Shown: positions 1 to 13,714 of the stretch, in pieces | Numbering within the stretch: the stretch's first letter is position 1 | How the letters are laid out: each line of letters starts with the position of its first letter | Source of the DNA: Bigelowiella natans CCMP2755 | Lineage: Eukaryota; Protista; Cercozoa | DNA: 64,000 nt | Direction of reading: 5' to 3' | Assembly: GCA_000320545.1 (NCBI GenBank) | Contig: ADNK01000282.1 | Location: 1-64,000 of the forward strand | Program-made: the position numbers and the translations under genes | The notes under the pieces: model-generated | Told to the model about the DNA's origin: nothing | The model's input: only the letters and a program-made list of their open reading frames with translations | Databases searched by the model: none

Positions 1-87
1 ATGCCCCCACTCGAGGTGTCAGTGAGATCTGCTCCCGGACGCACAATATATCACATAAATCATACCCACAAACGTAGAAACTAAGAA

Positions 88-139
<52 letters not shown>

Positions 140-179
140 AGGGCGCGCGCACCCCACCACCCATGAGAAAAGTAGACAC

Positions 180-909
180 CTGCTTCCCAAGAGCACATGA
201 AAGACTGAGTAGATCCGTGTTCGGTCATCTGTCTCATAGAGCGCTCCGTATCCGACCGACATTCCTGCTTGGACCTTTTCGAGGAGAAGGATGAGGAGGA
301 GCACAAGGAGAAAGAAGATGACGACGACGAGAAGAGAAAGAGGGAAATGAAGGAGAAAATTAGAGAAAGAAGAAACGGAAAGGCTACCGTAGAGGCATTC
401 GGGATAATGGCCAAACACCAAATACTAGTGATAGTACTTATTACTATGACAATAACAGCTAGTGTTACTATTAATAATACCGAATAGTAAAAGCTTGTTG
501 TGAACGACCACCCAATCATTTGATTGTAAAAGAGTGCGCCGAGAAACATCCACGCCACCCAAACATAAATGAGAAGTGCGATCTGGCCAGTGAATTGCGA
601 AACAAAGCTCCAAATACTCTCGCAGCATGATGCATTTTGCCACGCCGATATATTTGTTGCATCAAACAGCGTGCTCGTTCGCGAAAACTTATTGAACACC
701 GAAATCCTGTGTCTCTTTTTTTCCGGCTGACACGCTTTTTCGAGCTCCTCCTCATTTGTGCAATGCCCACCTCCGGATATAAAATGCTGGAAACGTTTGA
801 GAAGATCATCCGTGTTGATATTTGACGACAACCTCTTGGCGTCATAATCCCGTCGAGTCGACAAATGAGAAAGAGATAGCTTACGGTCGTAGGAGGGGCG
901 CTGGCTCAT
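180..909 (-). CDS. Potassium channel, probably two-pore/TPK-like; partial, 3' exons run toward or off the window start
   Basis: Exon 909-481 (ATG at 909, MSQRPSY...) ends in a TM helix plus GWSFTTSFYYS at a GT donor. Exon 274-180 (AG acceptor) reads VQAGMSVGYGALYETDDRTRIYSVFHVLLGS: a pore helix, the K+ filter S-V-G-Y-G and the next TM helix. Confidence 0.85.
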
Positions 910-1039
910 TGCATTTTCAAGTGCAGCATGGGAATGGGATCTAATTGGACAAAACGTCGCATAATGTGTGTGTGTTAAACTTGTGAGGATGCACAAACAT
1001 ACATGTGCTTATGACACAATATTATATGTATATATAGTA

Positions 1040-1083
<44 letters not shown>

Positions 1084-1130
1084 ATGTGTATGTGTGTGTG
1101 TGTGTGTGTGTGCGTGCGTGTGCGTGTGTT
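1040..1130. repeat. Compound (AT)n(GT)n microsatellite, one example of dozens of (AT)n, (GT)n, (GA)n, (TAG)n, (CAT)n and (CAG)n tracts in the window
   Basis: Read directly from the sequence. Similar tracts at 7740-7850, 24840-24940, 36380-36470, 55600-55680 and many other introns. Confidence 0.99.
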
Positions 1131-2545
1131 CGCGGATACTGGTATCTGCTATTTTGTGTCCTCGCGAGTGCGAGAGAGATCGGCACTGCACCCTTATAAT
1201 CGGTTTTATAACTGAAATAGCGAAGACCACACCAGCGACCCGGAAAAATGATAGCAAAAAAGGACAAAACTGTCTTCTTCATACGTCTTCAACTACCAAT
1301 ACAGTACCTGCCTTCCTTGTTTATTGGAAGCATCTCAACAGATGCACTACTGCTCATTATGACAGATCTACTACTGCCTCCTGATCGCATCGAAGAAGTA
1401 GACCCTTGCAGTCCGATTTCACTTCCACCTCTTGCTCGAAACCTGTGGTTTTCATAGTGTTCATCGGCAGTCCACGCATTCGGTTGTAAAAGTATTGTGT
1501 ACATATTATTTCATTTTCTTGAAGTCTCAAAGTCTTACGTGCGACTGTCACTAATCTGTGATCTTCCCGCAGTCTTTGGGATAGGCTTCGGTCGTGCAGG
1601 CTCGCAGGGTCTCCGACCGCCGGGCTGAGGGAGAGGTTCAGAGGCTCCGTCAATAATAGTTGGAGATGGCGCACATACAAAGCCAAGGATGAGAGTCTCA
1701 TTCAAGAAAAGCCTAATATACCTTCTCGATCTTGGATTCGACCTTACATTTAGGTGCGGAGTTACTGGACGGCAGGCCAGGACCGGGATCTTCTGCCATT
1801 TTCCCGCCCCTTGAGCCTGCCTCAAATGGAGAGTGCAAAGTGTAATAAAAAGGTGACCGGCTGATCAGTCATGTCGCTGGAGAGTCTCCTGCACGAGTAA
1901 CGCGTCCAGTACGTACACTATCTCGGGCTACCATTCGGCAGAAACGTCCGTCGAACGCAACTTGAACGGAAACAGCCGACCGCTCGAACGAGCTACCGTC
2001 TGAAAGCATATCGCACCTTTGAATTCAAGGCCGATTTCTGTATCTGGTCATGAAACGCCTGCAACACGCAATCATATCAACTGCGACAAACTACAAAGAT
2101 TGTCGGAATCCTTTTCCATCCTGAATTCTTCCTGTTTCGCATGGGGCGACATACGGACCATTCCGCGGCGTTCCGTCAGTTACCCTTTCGTGATTTTCGG
2201 TTACCAACGAATATAATCGACGATTTTGTACCATTTGACTCGATGTTTCCATGGAGCTGAAAGTAGAAACAAGAGCTGGAGGAGGAAGAACGGTCTACTT
2301 CGAAAATAAGAGCGACTGCGTGTAGGTAGTAGTATCCAGTTCACTCCTTAATTACTTGACGACAAGGAAAGAGCGCAGTCGCATATTTTTCATTTGGATA
2401 TTCTGTACCCTTGTAGTTTCCATTTGAAAAACACCGTGTATTAGTTGTGCTGGAAAACTACTCGAAAGAGGAAGGACTGAGCGATATTTGTCATTGTCGC
2501 GATTCAATATTTCTCTATATTTGTAGACTTTTTAAGGTCGAAGAC

Positions 2546-3848
2546 ATGAACGCAGGAGCATCTACGGCAGCCGGGTATAGTCTGAAATCGTTTGTTGAAA
2601 GCTGATTTCTGTGGATCCACCCCCCCCCCTCCGTGGAGAACGATGAGCCTCGATACTCTACTATTTGACGACCCTTTCGGAAGGTCTATCCCTCTACTAG
2701 AGTTACATCAGGAAAATAAACAGAAGGCCCATGGAAATTTCTGCGGCAACTCGCACCTCGAATCGCCGTTCTCTTGCGATCGCTGTGGAGTGAAAACGTG
2801 CTTGGACTGCACTATTTCCGCCTTCAATGGAGCAGAGTGGTGCAGGAAGTGCTGCACCACCCCACTATCTCAGGATGATCTTCAGAACGGTTCCTACTTC
2901 CGCAGGAGGTCAAAATCACTCCAAGATCGCTTGAAGAGCAGCGGAACCCTGAAGAACAAACTCTCCACAGACTTCGAGCAGACTCCAACCGAAGATAGTG
3001 ACCAGGACGAAGAAGAGGATATCAGTAACGAGGGTACTAAGGAAGATGTGGATGACAATGCAGAGGTTATAACGCCCAGTTTTGGATCCATCGCCGCCTG
3101 GCCCCCTCGTAAGGTCCCGATCTCTGTTCTCTCACAAGCAAGGAAAAAGAAATTCAGGTCCGTCAGTGGCAGCAGAACGAAGTATATCAAGCCCGTGTTC
3201 GATGTTTACAGAAGCAATGTGGCAACATTTCTAAACCTTAACGAGAGGGAGGAGCCTGGAGTTAAGGACGTAGATGACGTGATATCTGAAATTTATGTGA
3301 AGTCTTTTGAAGATACCCTCCCCATCGCGCAGGGTCCTAGGACTGTGAGCGAAGATAAGGACTACCATTCGTTTCATGAAGATACGTCCTCTGCGCGTAC
3401 CCTTAGCAGGAGTCCCAGCCCGGAAAGCAGCACATCGTATGCTGCCACAGCCTCCCCGAGCCCACTTCGAAAGTCGAAGCGAAAGAAGACGCCGTGCTAT
3501 CCTGATGATAAATTCTCACTGGATGAGGACGAGGTCGAAGATGACTCCTGCGACAGCGAGTACCTCCCTTCGTCAAAGAAGCAGAAACGAGACTCAATTA
3601 GAAGTCACGACTCCCACGGGAGCAGAAGTAACGACTTGGAAAATCGTGAGCTCGAAGGCGGCGGTAGTCCTGGGAAGAAACGATTCTTTTGCCCGCACTG
3701 CCCGAAAGGATTCAAGCAACGTAGCAATCTCGTGGCACATATCCGCATTCACACCGGGGAGCGTCCCTTTCGCTGCCCGAACTGCGACCGCGGATTTGCG
3801 CAGAAGTCCAATCTCAAGCGCCATCTCAGAGTCCATAAGAAAAGCTAG
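2546..3848 (+). CDS. C2H2 zinc-finger protein with an N-terminal Cys cluster
   Basis: ORF 2592-3848 ends with two canonical fingers, [21 protein letters not shown] and [21 protein letters not shown], joined by a TGERPF linker. The N-terminus has CDRC..CLDC..WCRKC. A short first exon 2546-2574 ([10 protein letters not shown]) joins in frame through an intron at 2575-2638 (weak GAG acceptor); otherwise the start is the ATG at 2643. Confidence 0.9.
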
Positions 3849-4689
3849 GGGAAATAAAAAGGATTAGGCCGAGCATTTAGTGAAGGTGTGGGTCGGGTTC
3901 CCCATGTGGCAGACGTAGAGATTCAACATCCCCTCAGAAGTTGATGATGAGGGCGCGGAATTGCCATTGGGTTCAGGTTGCTGCTGTTGGACTTTCGATT
4001 CTACTACAGGTTTTGTCTCCTGATCTTCTAGTGACGGTGCTGGAGCGGGAGCGGGGGCTACATACCATCTGCAACAGGCCCTCTCCGGTCTGCTTTTGAG
4101 AATTTAGCATCGAAAGGAAGAAAAGAAATATAACAAAAGTGAAAAGGAACAAAAAAAATCCATATTGAATAGTGATACTCACATCTAATTCGTCTACCAT
4201 TTAACATTTACCATCGTCTGAAATCAATTACTACCTGATAAGATAAATTTGTGCTGCAGTCGATGTGATCAGCACAAGAAAGCAACCACCTTTATCATTT
4301 TGGAACAAAGATTCCCGTCATGTTGTTTAAATCACAACTCTCTTTCCCATTATCAGAAAGAGTTTTCTTTTTAATTATTGAAAGTATTTGTGTTCGCAAA
4401 ACCGCTCATGTAAACTTTAACTAGAGAGGACCTTGATAGTAATCCGAGAACATCCGGGAAGTAGTACAGCAATTATCATCTATAAACGATACCTTGTAAA
4501 TTTGAAATCTCAGCAGTACAATTCTTCCCGGTTCCGTTTGTCGCTCTCTGTCCAGTTCTACAGGATTAATCATATCTGCTCTCTCACGAAGTGGCGAAAT
4601 TTTATCATGCTACGAGATCAATCACAACCAGTTTTAAATTTCTTGGCCTACATCATCAAGCTTAATTTATTCATATATTAACACGGATA

Positions 4690-5110
4690 TCATTGAAGCA
4701 ATAATGTAACAGGAGACACATCTAGACATGCTGTGCACTATAGACACAGTGTATATTATATATATACGCATGTCCATTGTGCGCTACTCATGCTAGCATG
4801 CCTAGCATGTAGCTAGCTAGTAGATGCCATTTATGTCATTGGCTACGTACATGAATGGAGGTACCCGCCTGCGCATAGAAACTATAAGCCGCACGCACGA
4901 GCACAACAGCATATATGCTCTGAATCATGTGACATGTCTTGGGGTGGCTCTGATGACGAGGACGAGCTGCTGTGCATGACACGTTATCGTTCTTCATTCA
5001 CGGCGCCGAGTTTTGTATGACTACGATAAAAAGCGTGCATTTACACACTTCTATGCATGTAGTACTACGTGGCGCTTAATAGATTAATAGAACAATATAG
5101 ATAGCTAGTT
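4690..5110. other. TGCA/CATG/CTAG-rich non-coding tract (possibly a decayed methylated repeat)
   Basis: For example catgctagcatgcctagcatgtagctagctagtagatg. Shares tatagacacagt (4739) with the tract at 35899. Confidence 0.55.
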
Positions 5111-5225
5111 TCAGGCACAATCCTTATCGAAATAATACGTCGAATGCCGCTGATACCTTCCTTGCTTTTCGCTCACATTATTGCATAGTATATTTTCTTC
5201 ATGCCAGTGATGAATGTGTGTGTGT

Positions 5226-5266
<41 letters not shown>

Positions 5267-5389
5267 ATAACATGAATTCTGATCTCCTCTCCAACTTGGC
5301 TGTCCTGTCGCCATGTCTTTGTTTTATGTTTCTTCCCGATCGGTGTGCATGTCCTCTTCTTGATCGATGTATTGCGTAGACGTATTATT

Positions 5390-7507
5390 CTAGAGGTTTC
5401 CAATCGCAGTGTTCGCTAAGACCTCCTCCACCTGACCAGCAGCATATGCACCGCTCATGTCACCGAGGAGGGGGGAGAACAAAACAGACGAGCACTAGGA
5501 GAAGAATGCTATCATTTATAAAATTTCCAACGCCAGCAGTAACAATACGCGAAAGAATGCGTATTCGCTATTCCCAATCGTTTTGAGGATATTTCCACCA
5601 GCAAGGAGGATAAAAGTTAAAAAGTTAAAAACTTAAAAAAATACCTTTTCTATTGCCTCTGACGAAGCCTTTATCGATGCCTGCATGGGGGAGGAGGGCA
5701 GGCAAGGGGGGGACAGAAATTTAATCGTTGATATAAACGTGTCTATTCAAAATCGTCAGTCATATCTCGAGAGGAGATCGGGTTGTTAGCATGAGAAGGC
5801 GGTATTATATGCTGTTTGTGATGTTTCGCAAGGGTGGGCTGCATTGTCTCTGGCCGATCATCTATCATCATCACCATCATCATCATCATCATCCTTCAAT
5901 CAACCAGAATGGAGGTACCTCAAGTAAGGTTTCTGCACATTCTCCCAACTCACTGCCTCGGATCTCCTACATTGACCGTCGGCATGAAACGGAAGAAAGG
6001 CGCACAATCGTCACCACCACCATAATAATAATAATCATCATCACCACTATCGTTCCGCATAAACAGCACACCACTGGGAGATACTGCTGCAAACCTGCGG
6101 TGAGAACTGCGCGCTGCTTGCCCTATCCGGAGTCAGCACCTGGTTTTATTACGATGTGACAATAATAATTAGTAACAACGGCGATTGTAAAGGTGGCAGT
6201 AGTGGTAGTAGAAGTAGTAGTGAATAGGAACGACGCTTGCTCTCAGAATGATCGGTTAGAATGCTCATCAGCATCATCATTAATATCGGTGAAGAAGAAG
6301 AAGAAGAAGAAGAAACAGTTATTGTTGTTGTTGTTGTTATTGTTGTCGTTGTTGTACCGGGGGTTCGAAGCTTCCAGGCTCTGAAGCCAGTGACTTGATG
6401 AGCAATGGGGAGAGAACCTAGAAGAAGAAGACCGAGATGATGTATAGGGTGAATATTATGCTGCTAGACCATAAAAACACAAATCTTGTGTCGTCCTCGA
6501 GGAGGAGCACACACGCACGCACGCACACACACACACACACACACAAATAAAACTCGCACAACACTTATTTTCTGAGACATGGCAATGTGAGGTGTTACAG
6601 AGCACTGCTGCATTCAGCGACGACAGTTGCGAAGAGAAGGGGGGGGGGGGGGGGGGGTAGGCGCTGATCTGCGAAACATTCGATGTCGCAGAACAAAGTT
6701 CAACAGTTATGTGTGCATCACCACCATGTAGTCACCATCGATAGAACCAACCCTCTCATCGTCATCATCATCGTCTCTCATCATCAAAGTCATCCGACAT
6801 TTCAGCAGCATAATTTATCACCATGTAGTCGATGCCAGCCAACGATATTGCATCCTTGACGTTCCTGCAGGAGGGCACACACGCATTATCCACGCAACAG
6901 CGCAAGAGACGGATGGGGTTGGTATGTGGACGCAAACGGTGTACATTGAATGCGTCATTGATACATGTGAAATACGACTTTTGGTTTGGCAGTACAATAT
7001 CTTACCGGATGCTGGCCGCCATCACTTTGGTCGGAAGCTCGTATTTGTGGATGAAATTGTAGATCTTCTTCGCCAGCACCACCCCTGCGATTGTGGGCAT
7101 GCAGAAATAGCGTCGGTGTTCGTTGTTTTGCGGTAGATAACGATGGGGGCCAATGCCCTCCTCCTCGCAGATTGTGTGCCCCATTTCAGTCACAATACTC
7201 TTTCCTGTTCTATCCTCCCCCTCCCCCCACCCCCGTTGACCCACAAAAGGTTTCGTAATTACCATGGTTATCACCGCCTTTGTCTGCATGACTAGAAGTG
7301 TCCTACTCAAATCCACGATGCAAGGTATTCAATGAAGAGGAGTTGCGTGGGAGGGAGGGAGGGAAGGAGGAAAGGAGGAAAGGAGAAAGATCGAAATGCG
7401 TTTTTTCAATTTTTTGTACTTATTTTTGTGTTTGCTTTTCAAGTCTCAGTTGCTGTCGTAACGAAGATTTAACACGCAAAAAGACCGACTTTCACACACG
7501 CACACAC

Positions 7508-7546
<39 letters not shown>

Positions 7547-7743
7547 TTGCAATATACCACATCTATGCGCCACCAGATATATCTATACGAACGAGTGAAG
7601 GAAACAGCATGATGAGCAAACGTGAATCAATCATCACCGCATTGTTGCATCGGTGCCAGTCATTGATTCGTCCCACGTAGGGCTGGATCACTGCCACCTT
7701 CGCATCTGCAGCCGCTACAATAGTGGTGTCGTACCATATATAT

Positions 7744-7781
<38 letters not shown>

Positions 7782-9864
7782 ACATGAATGACGCGACATG
7801 TGTGTGTTTGTGTGTTTGTGTGTGTGTGCGCGCGCGCGCGCGCGCGCAAAAGAGGGAAACCGAATGGGTGCATGAGGAGGGATCGTAATACTCAAAGCGA
7901 GAATCATGGTATATGATACCTCCTCTTCCTTCTTCTTCTTCTTCTTCTTCTTCTACCACTGCTACTACTACTACTACACACTCATAGCACGCAACACGTG
8001 CCATAACAACATCTTCGACGGCGATGATGATCTACCTGTAGCCTGAGCCATACTGTACACGTGTGTCACCTAGAGGGGGAGGGGGGGGGGGAATTTAGTG
8101 GATGTTGTTGTGTTTATAGAAGCATCGAGTGCTTGATATCCAGCAGTAGCACCAGTAGCAGCAACAGCAGAGCAGCAGCAGGGGTAGGCTTTTCCCCTTC
8201 TGCTTTTTCTCATCTATTACTAACGCTATAATAACAACAACAACAACAACAATAATAACAATGGCGATGATGACGATGTGCTTACTTGACAGCTGAACTC
8301 CTCCTGGAGAGTTAGCATCTTTGCTGCCAAAATTCCCTGAGAGAATGCGTGAGAGAGAGGGGGGGGGGGGGGGGGAGAATGAAATGACAGTAAATCAAGC
8401 GAGAATTTCTTTGGCGTTTCTCTCTCTTTCAACCGCACTAGATGATGTAGAAGCAGCAGCTTTACCTCCCATGTTCCTGGGATCTTGAAGAGGATCTTCG
8501 ATTTTACATCCACATCTTCAAAGGCAGACATAGAAAGAATGACGACGAGCATCAATGTATATGATCTGTATTGACAATAATTGCATGCATGCAGGCATGT
8601 GTACAAGCGATGTTGGGGTCCATTCTTTGGCCAATGTGGCAATATATCACGATGGCGTGGTCCTTACAAGGATTACTACTAGACGTATGGCTGCTCAACC
8701 GTGTTTATCGAGAATCTTTGCCAAAGCACGAACCTAAGAAGATGAAGGAGCAAGGGGTTGTGCAGGAGGCGAAGGAGACGTTTGTCGTTTAAATCTGCAC
8801 TACTACTGCAACTGATGTTCTAATTCTAATCCTTGCTGTAGTGATGGCGAATAGTTATCATTACAACATCCACCATCCATCATTGTAATCGCTGTCGCCG
8901 TCTAGATAGTGCGCATGATGACTCCCCCCCCCCCCTCCCCTCTCCCAATTTTTAAAAAAATATTCGTACCTCCTCAACGATCGAGTTAGCATCGTGGGAA
9001 AGCCTAGGATCCACCTCCAATGAGACCTGTGTTAGTTGTTGATGGAATAATGATGATGATAACCATGGGTGAGACGACGAACACGGTGCACGCCACAAGA
9101 ATGTTCTCGGGCTCTTTCTAAATTTAAGAATGAATCTCGACATTGAATAAAAGACATTATCATCATTATCATCATCATCATCATCTTCATCATCATCATT
9201 CTAATGAAATTGAGGGTATGGCGTCTGTGATTTCGTTGTGCCGCCAAAAATGTCATAAAACGAATCGTTGGGAGTCCTAACTGCTAAGGGCCAGACCTTC
9301 CCACTCACTTCATTTGCGAGCTTAGCTGCCACTGTGCAGTAGACGCTGATGAGCCAAAAAACACAACATTGCTGATCTTCTCAACGGGATCTATCTGACG
9401 GTTTCTGATGATGCTTTTTGTCTCCATGTAGGATTGCTGCTGCGGGTGTGTCGCAGGGCCAAAACAGCATATTGGCATGTATTCATACATTTACACGTGT
9501 TCTGTACTCTTTCCCTCTGCCCTTGCATATAGATTTGTAAATAATCAAATAAAAATGTGCATTCAATCTGTATAACTTTCGTCTTTCCGAAACCAGACGC
9601 TCCCTAGGCTTGATTGATACAGTCATCGGGTTCTGGTATGTAGCATTTTTACTTTTATTAGTTTTGCTGAATTTAATAGCGGCTATGAGAGCAGAAGTAG
9701 CAGCAGCAGTAGCAATAGGGTAACTAGAAGCAGTATTGGGGCCATTCGGATTATTAGTAGAATGGTAAAGATCGATGAGTACTACAAACTAAAGATAAAG
9801 ATGTGCAGTCATCATACCGATTCGATTGATGCGGAGAGCGCGCGGCTGATCTGGAGAGAGGTGG

Positions 9865-9905
<41 letters not shown>

Positions 9906-11199
9906 AGAGAGAGAGTTAGAGAGAGAGAGGAGGGGAGGGGGGGTAAAAGAAACGAGAGAGAATAAAATTGTTTGCCTTCTTCCGCTAGAATTTGGCTGCT
10001 AGATGCTTCGTTCAATTGAGTTCTTTTTCGAGCTCCACAAATGGATGTTTCTTCTCCCGCCACACGCACAAGTAGGGAGAAAGGGAAAGAGGAAGAGGGG
10101 TGGAAGATAAACCAAGCAGTAACATACCTCCTCATCTATGAACTGTTGTCCCTTTTGCTCCAACAATCTCAGAATCAGCAAGCCTGACACGGTTCCAGAC
10201 CTGCACAAACAATGGAATAATAACGCCCTCCTCGATGCTTCGACAAAGAATAGCTAGCCACTTGTGTTATCTCTCGATGGAAATAGGAAAAGTTCTAGTT
10301 ATGCGACACTGCGCGGAAACAACTTCCACTGGAGTTCCTGAAATAAAAAAACTTCTCTATTTCCTCTCGATGCAGAGAAATGTGGTATGGAGGCTAACAG
10401 CAGCCATTACTTGGGTTGATATTGAGTGCCACCAAATGCGAAGGAGTCTGGTACAATTTGCGTGTAGTGGCCCAACCAGTCAAGCTTGTTGGAGATCTGA
10501 AGGCAGAGAGGAAGCAGTAAATGCACACTTTACTCGAATGACTAGGAGGAATATTGACAACCAGAATTTCTTATTACCATAACTTTTGGGCGGGAGGGGG
10601 TCTCCGGTGTCTCAGTTGTCCCCGATGCTGACGGCGGAAGTATGGATGCCAGCCTGGCATTTTGCCGATCTCTGCCGCACATCGTTACGGCATTCAATGT
10701 AGTAGTTCCATAGTGTTTGCTGTTGACTTTAGGAACAAAGAGGTTTCGGGAGGGCCTTTGGCGGCGCATTGAAATAGTCGGACGGGAAATCTGGAGATGG
10801 GAAGGTTTTCTCAAGGCAGTCGATAATGTATTGTCTGCTGCATCTCGAGTCGTGGATGAGACTTGCGAAACGATAGCTACGACAGCTAGGGCCACCGCCA
10901 CAGTGGCCAGAATGGACCTAGGAAAGAGCAACACACAATATCAGATTACAAACTGATCATACAAAGTGATCATCAAGTCTTCGCTTTTGTGCGCCGCAGA
11001 TGAATTGATCTTATTGCTCAATTGCATGTTATTTAGTTGACTCATCAATGACGTTGAATGGGAAAGGTTCTCATCAATGATCTACACATGCCATTGCAAC
11101 GGAGCGTCATCTACATTTTCCTGCTGATTCGGACTCACCGGCAGCCTAGTATACCTGACGCAATACGTACCTGGAGAGTAAGCGAGAGGCTCTTCGCAT
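5390..11199 (-). CDS. Transaldolase-like protein with a bipartite (signal + transit-like) presequence; about 18 exons
   Basis: Spliced exons give MRRASRLLSR|SILATVAVALAVVAIVSQ... then ISNKLDWLGHYTQIVPDS (10496-10411), SGTVSGLLIL, AAKLANEVSGK|VSLEVDPRLSHDANSIVEE|VRALAKILDKH|DVDVKSKILFKIPGTWE|GILAAKML, VTHVYSMAQAT|VAAADAKVAVIQPYVGRINDWHR, GVVLAKKIYNFIHKYELPTKVMAASIR|NVKDAISLAGIDYM|VLSPLLIKSL, and finally VEEVLANTAIGNL* (TAG ends at 5390). The EVDxRL, FKIPxTWEG, QxYVGR and MAAxxR motifs are transaldolase hallmarks. Confidence 0.9.
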
Positions 11200-12187
11200 A
11201 TGAAATTGGTCTCCTTGCTGCAGAAGTGGTTTCGTTTGTGTGTTGCTTTGCTATGTTCCGAAGCTTTTAGATCTATTACCTACCCTCAATCTACCGAAAA
11301 ATTATTTTCTGGTGCCCCTGAGGAAGGGGAACTTCAGAACATCGTGCGAGTCAAATTTGCCTGATTTTGTAAGGAACGGAGGAAAACTTTTCCATGCGAC
11401 GTATTCACACTGGCCGTTTCCATTCTAAATGTAACGTGTCTGGCCTTTAGACTCAAAGCGCAAGATCTTCCTGGACGACCGATATGTCGGGAGAGTGGTT
11501 GATTTTATTCAGTGCGACATAATTTTTACCGAGACGCACAGGAGAATTAAAATCCGTTAAAGATAATTAATTTTCAACAAATAGATACAGAAAACATCGG
11601 AAGGTTTCTGTACTACCTCCAAACTCACAAAGGATCGCTCCAGAGCTACGTGCAACGGTGGGGCCCCTCAGGCCTTTGGTTCCCTTGGAATGAGGCGAAT
11701 TCGTGTGGCAGCTACGAGATGGCGGGGTAGAGGTAACACCTTTCTTCCACAGCGGTTGATGGGAAAGTGGTTTTGTGTACGCATCCGAAGAATTCGTAAC
11801 TCGGATCGCATAGCCACATCTTTAAGAGCCGCCTAATTCCACATCAGGTGGAAATGCCACTCCGGGAAACAGATACACCAAAGCTTCTATCTTTAGCCCG
11901 AAGGAATATGGTAATAAAAAATCCTAGCGGAATGCAAGTGTAACTTAGCATGTGCGTAGCGCGAGCAGGAAAGACAGAAAGGGGAAGTGAGACAACAGAG
12001 AGGAAGAATTAAAAGCCGATAGTTACGGGGAGTCTATCATCTTTTCCCTAGTCACAAATATGCGTGTATCTTTGGCATAAATGAAGGTTGGCCTGTCCGT
12101 ATCGACTCGCATTCACTCCCAACCCGAAAGGGCGCTTATCATAAAGTCAAAGGGAAAGTAAGATCCAAGTTTGAATCCGTCCTGCAG

Positions 12188-13665
12188 TTGTTTGGGCCTG
12201 CGGAATCGCGTAGAAGGGCTGCCTGTGAACAAACTTGGTCACGTTGGGCGAGGCTGGTGCATGCTTTGCTAGGGAGTGGGGGGGCTAGCATTGGCAATAA
12301 AGTCCAGATCCTATCATGCGGCAACACAGCCTTTAAGAAAATGTGGGATGCAATCGACCAGGCGAAACACAGCATCCACATGGAGACGTACATCCTTCGG
12401 TTGGACAACGTGGGTAGGAAGACGATCAAGCATCTGCACGAAGCTTTGCTTCGTGGAGTGACAGTGAGCCTCATGTACGATTCTGCTGGGTCAACGTCTG
12501 TGCCGATGCTTATCGATCCTATCTTACATTCTCTCCGCGCTAACGGTGCGAAAATCATCGAATTTAACCCTGTGTTCCCACCCCCCTGGCGTCGCCGTAC
12601 CCACCATATTTTCCACCGAAACCATCGCAAGATTCTGCTAGTTGACGCCACCATTGCTTTTTGCGGTGGAATGAATATTGCTGATGAGTACTGTGGGAAG
12701 GAGCTGGGAGGCACCGGCCAGTTCCACGATACTCACGTCCGTGTAGAGGGACCAGCTGCTGCTCACTTCGCTCACGTTGTGAGAGACTCAATGAGGGAGG
12801 CTGTGTGGGAAGGATTTCAAAATGGTGCTGCCGCCGCTGTTGCCGCCCCCCCCACCTCTTCTACCCGATATTCTCCTTTTGCTGCTACCCCTGCAGTTCA
12901 CGTCAAAAATGACGACTCCACATACATTGAAACCATTATTCAGGAACTAAAGCAGGGCAGCAAGAGAATCCACGATGGTGACCTTGCAGAGGGTGGTGGT
13001 GAGGATGGGGTGTGCGTGCAAGTCCTCGCAGCAAACTCCTGGAGAAATATGCGGCAGCTTCAAAAAGCCCTAAGGCTTACTATTCAATATTCAAACACGC
13101 GTTGTTATATCACATCCCCTTATTTCCTTCCGCCGTTGAGTCTCCTAAGAGCTATGACATCTGCAGCCAAAAGAGGGGTAGACGTCCGAGTTATAACCTC
13201 TGGAGATCTTTGTGACGTGCCCGGAGCTCAGAATGCCAGTCGGTACATTTACTCCAAACTCCTCACAAACGGCGTGAGAGTTTACGAATACCAGGCTGCA
13301 ACGCTGCATACGAAAGCTGTCTGCATTGACGCAGTGTATTCCTTTCTCGGCTCATTCAACTTCGACAGGTGGTCTTACAGCCGGAACCTTGAGGTCGTCA
13401 TTGCTCTTGTATCAGCTGATTGTCGTAGCAAGTACATGGCGTGTTTGGCACGTAGCTGTAGTAGGCAGAATATGTGTGTTAGATGCATGGGGAGAAGTTT
13501 AAGCAGTTGGCCGCAGCGTGAGATAAGAATCGTAAATTTCACTGAGAGCATACCACAAATGTACAGGTGGGAGTTGGAGTCCTGAATACTGCGGTTAGCC
13601 AAAATGTCGAGAAACAGTTTTTGGATAACCTCCGGAATTCGGTAGAGGTAAGTAGAATCATAAAA

Positions 13666-13714
<49 letters not shown>

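Noticed and set aside
968-1384. Many short ORFs rich in YIYI, HTHT, VCVC, RERE and LSLS, here and throughout the window
   Set aside because: They are translations of dinucleotide and trinucleotide microsatellites, or antisense shadows of real exons.
1357-1799. Possible small spliced gene on the minus strand (MAEDPGPGLPSSNSAPKCKVESKIEK|...)
   Set aside because: One plausible donor, but no consistent downstream exons and no recognisable domain.
13394-13585. ORF-track C-terminus of the PLD protein (VVIALVSADCRSK...WELES)
   Set aside because: This is read-through into an intron. The spliced alternative gives a Cls-like C-terminus ending at 13889.
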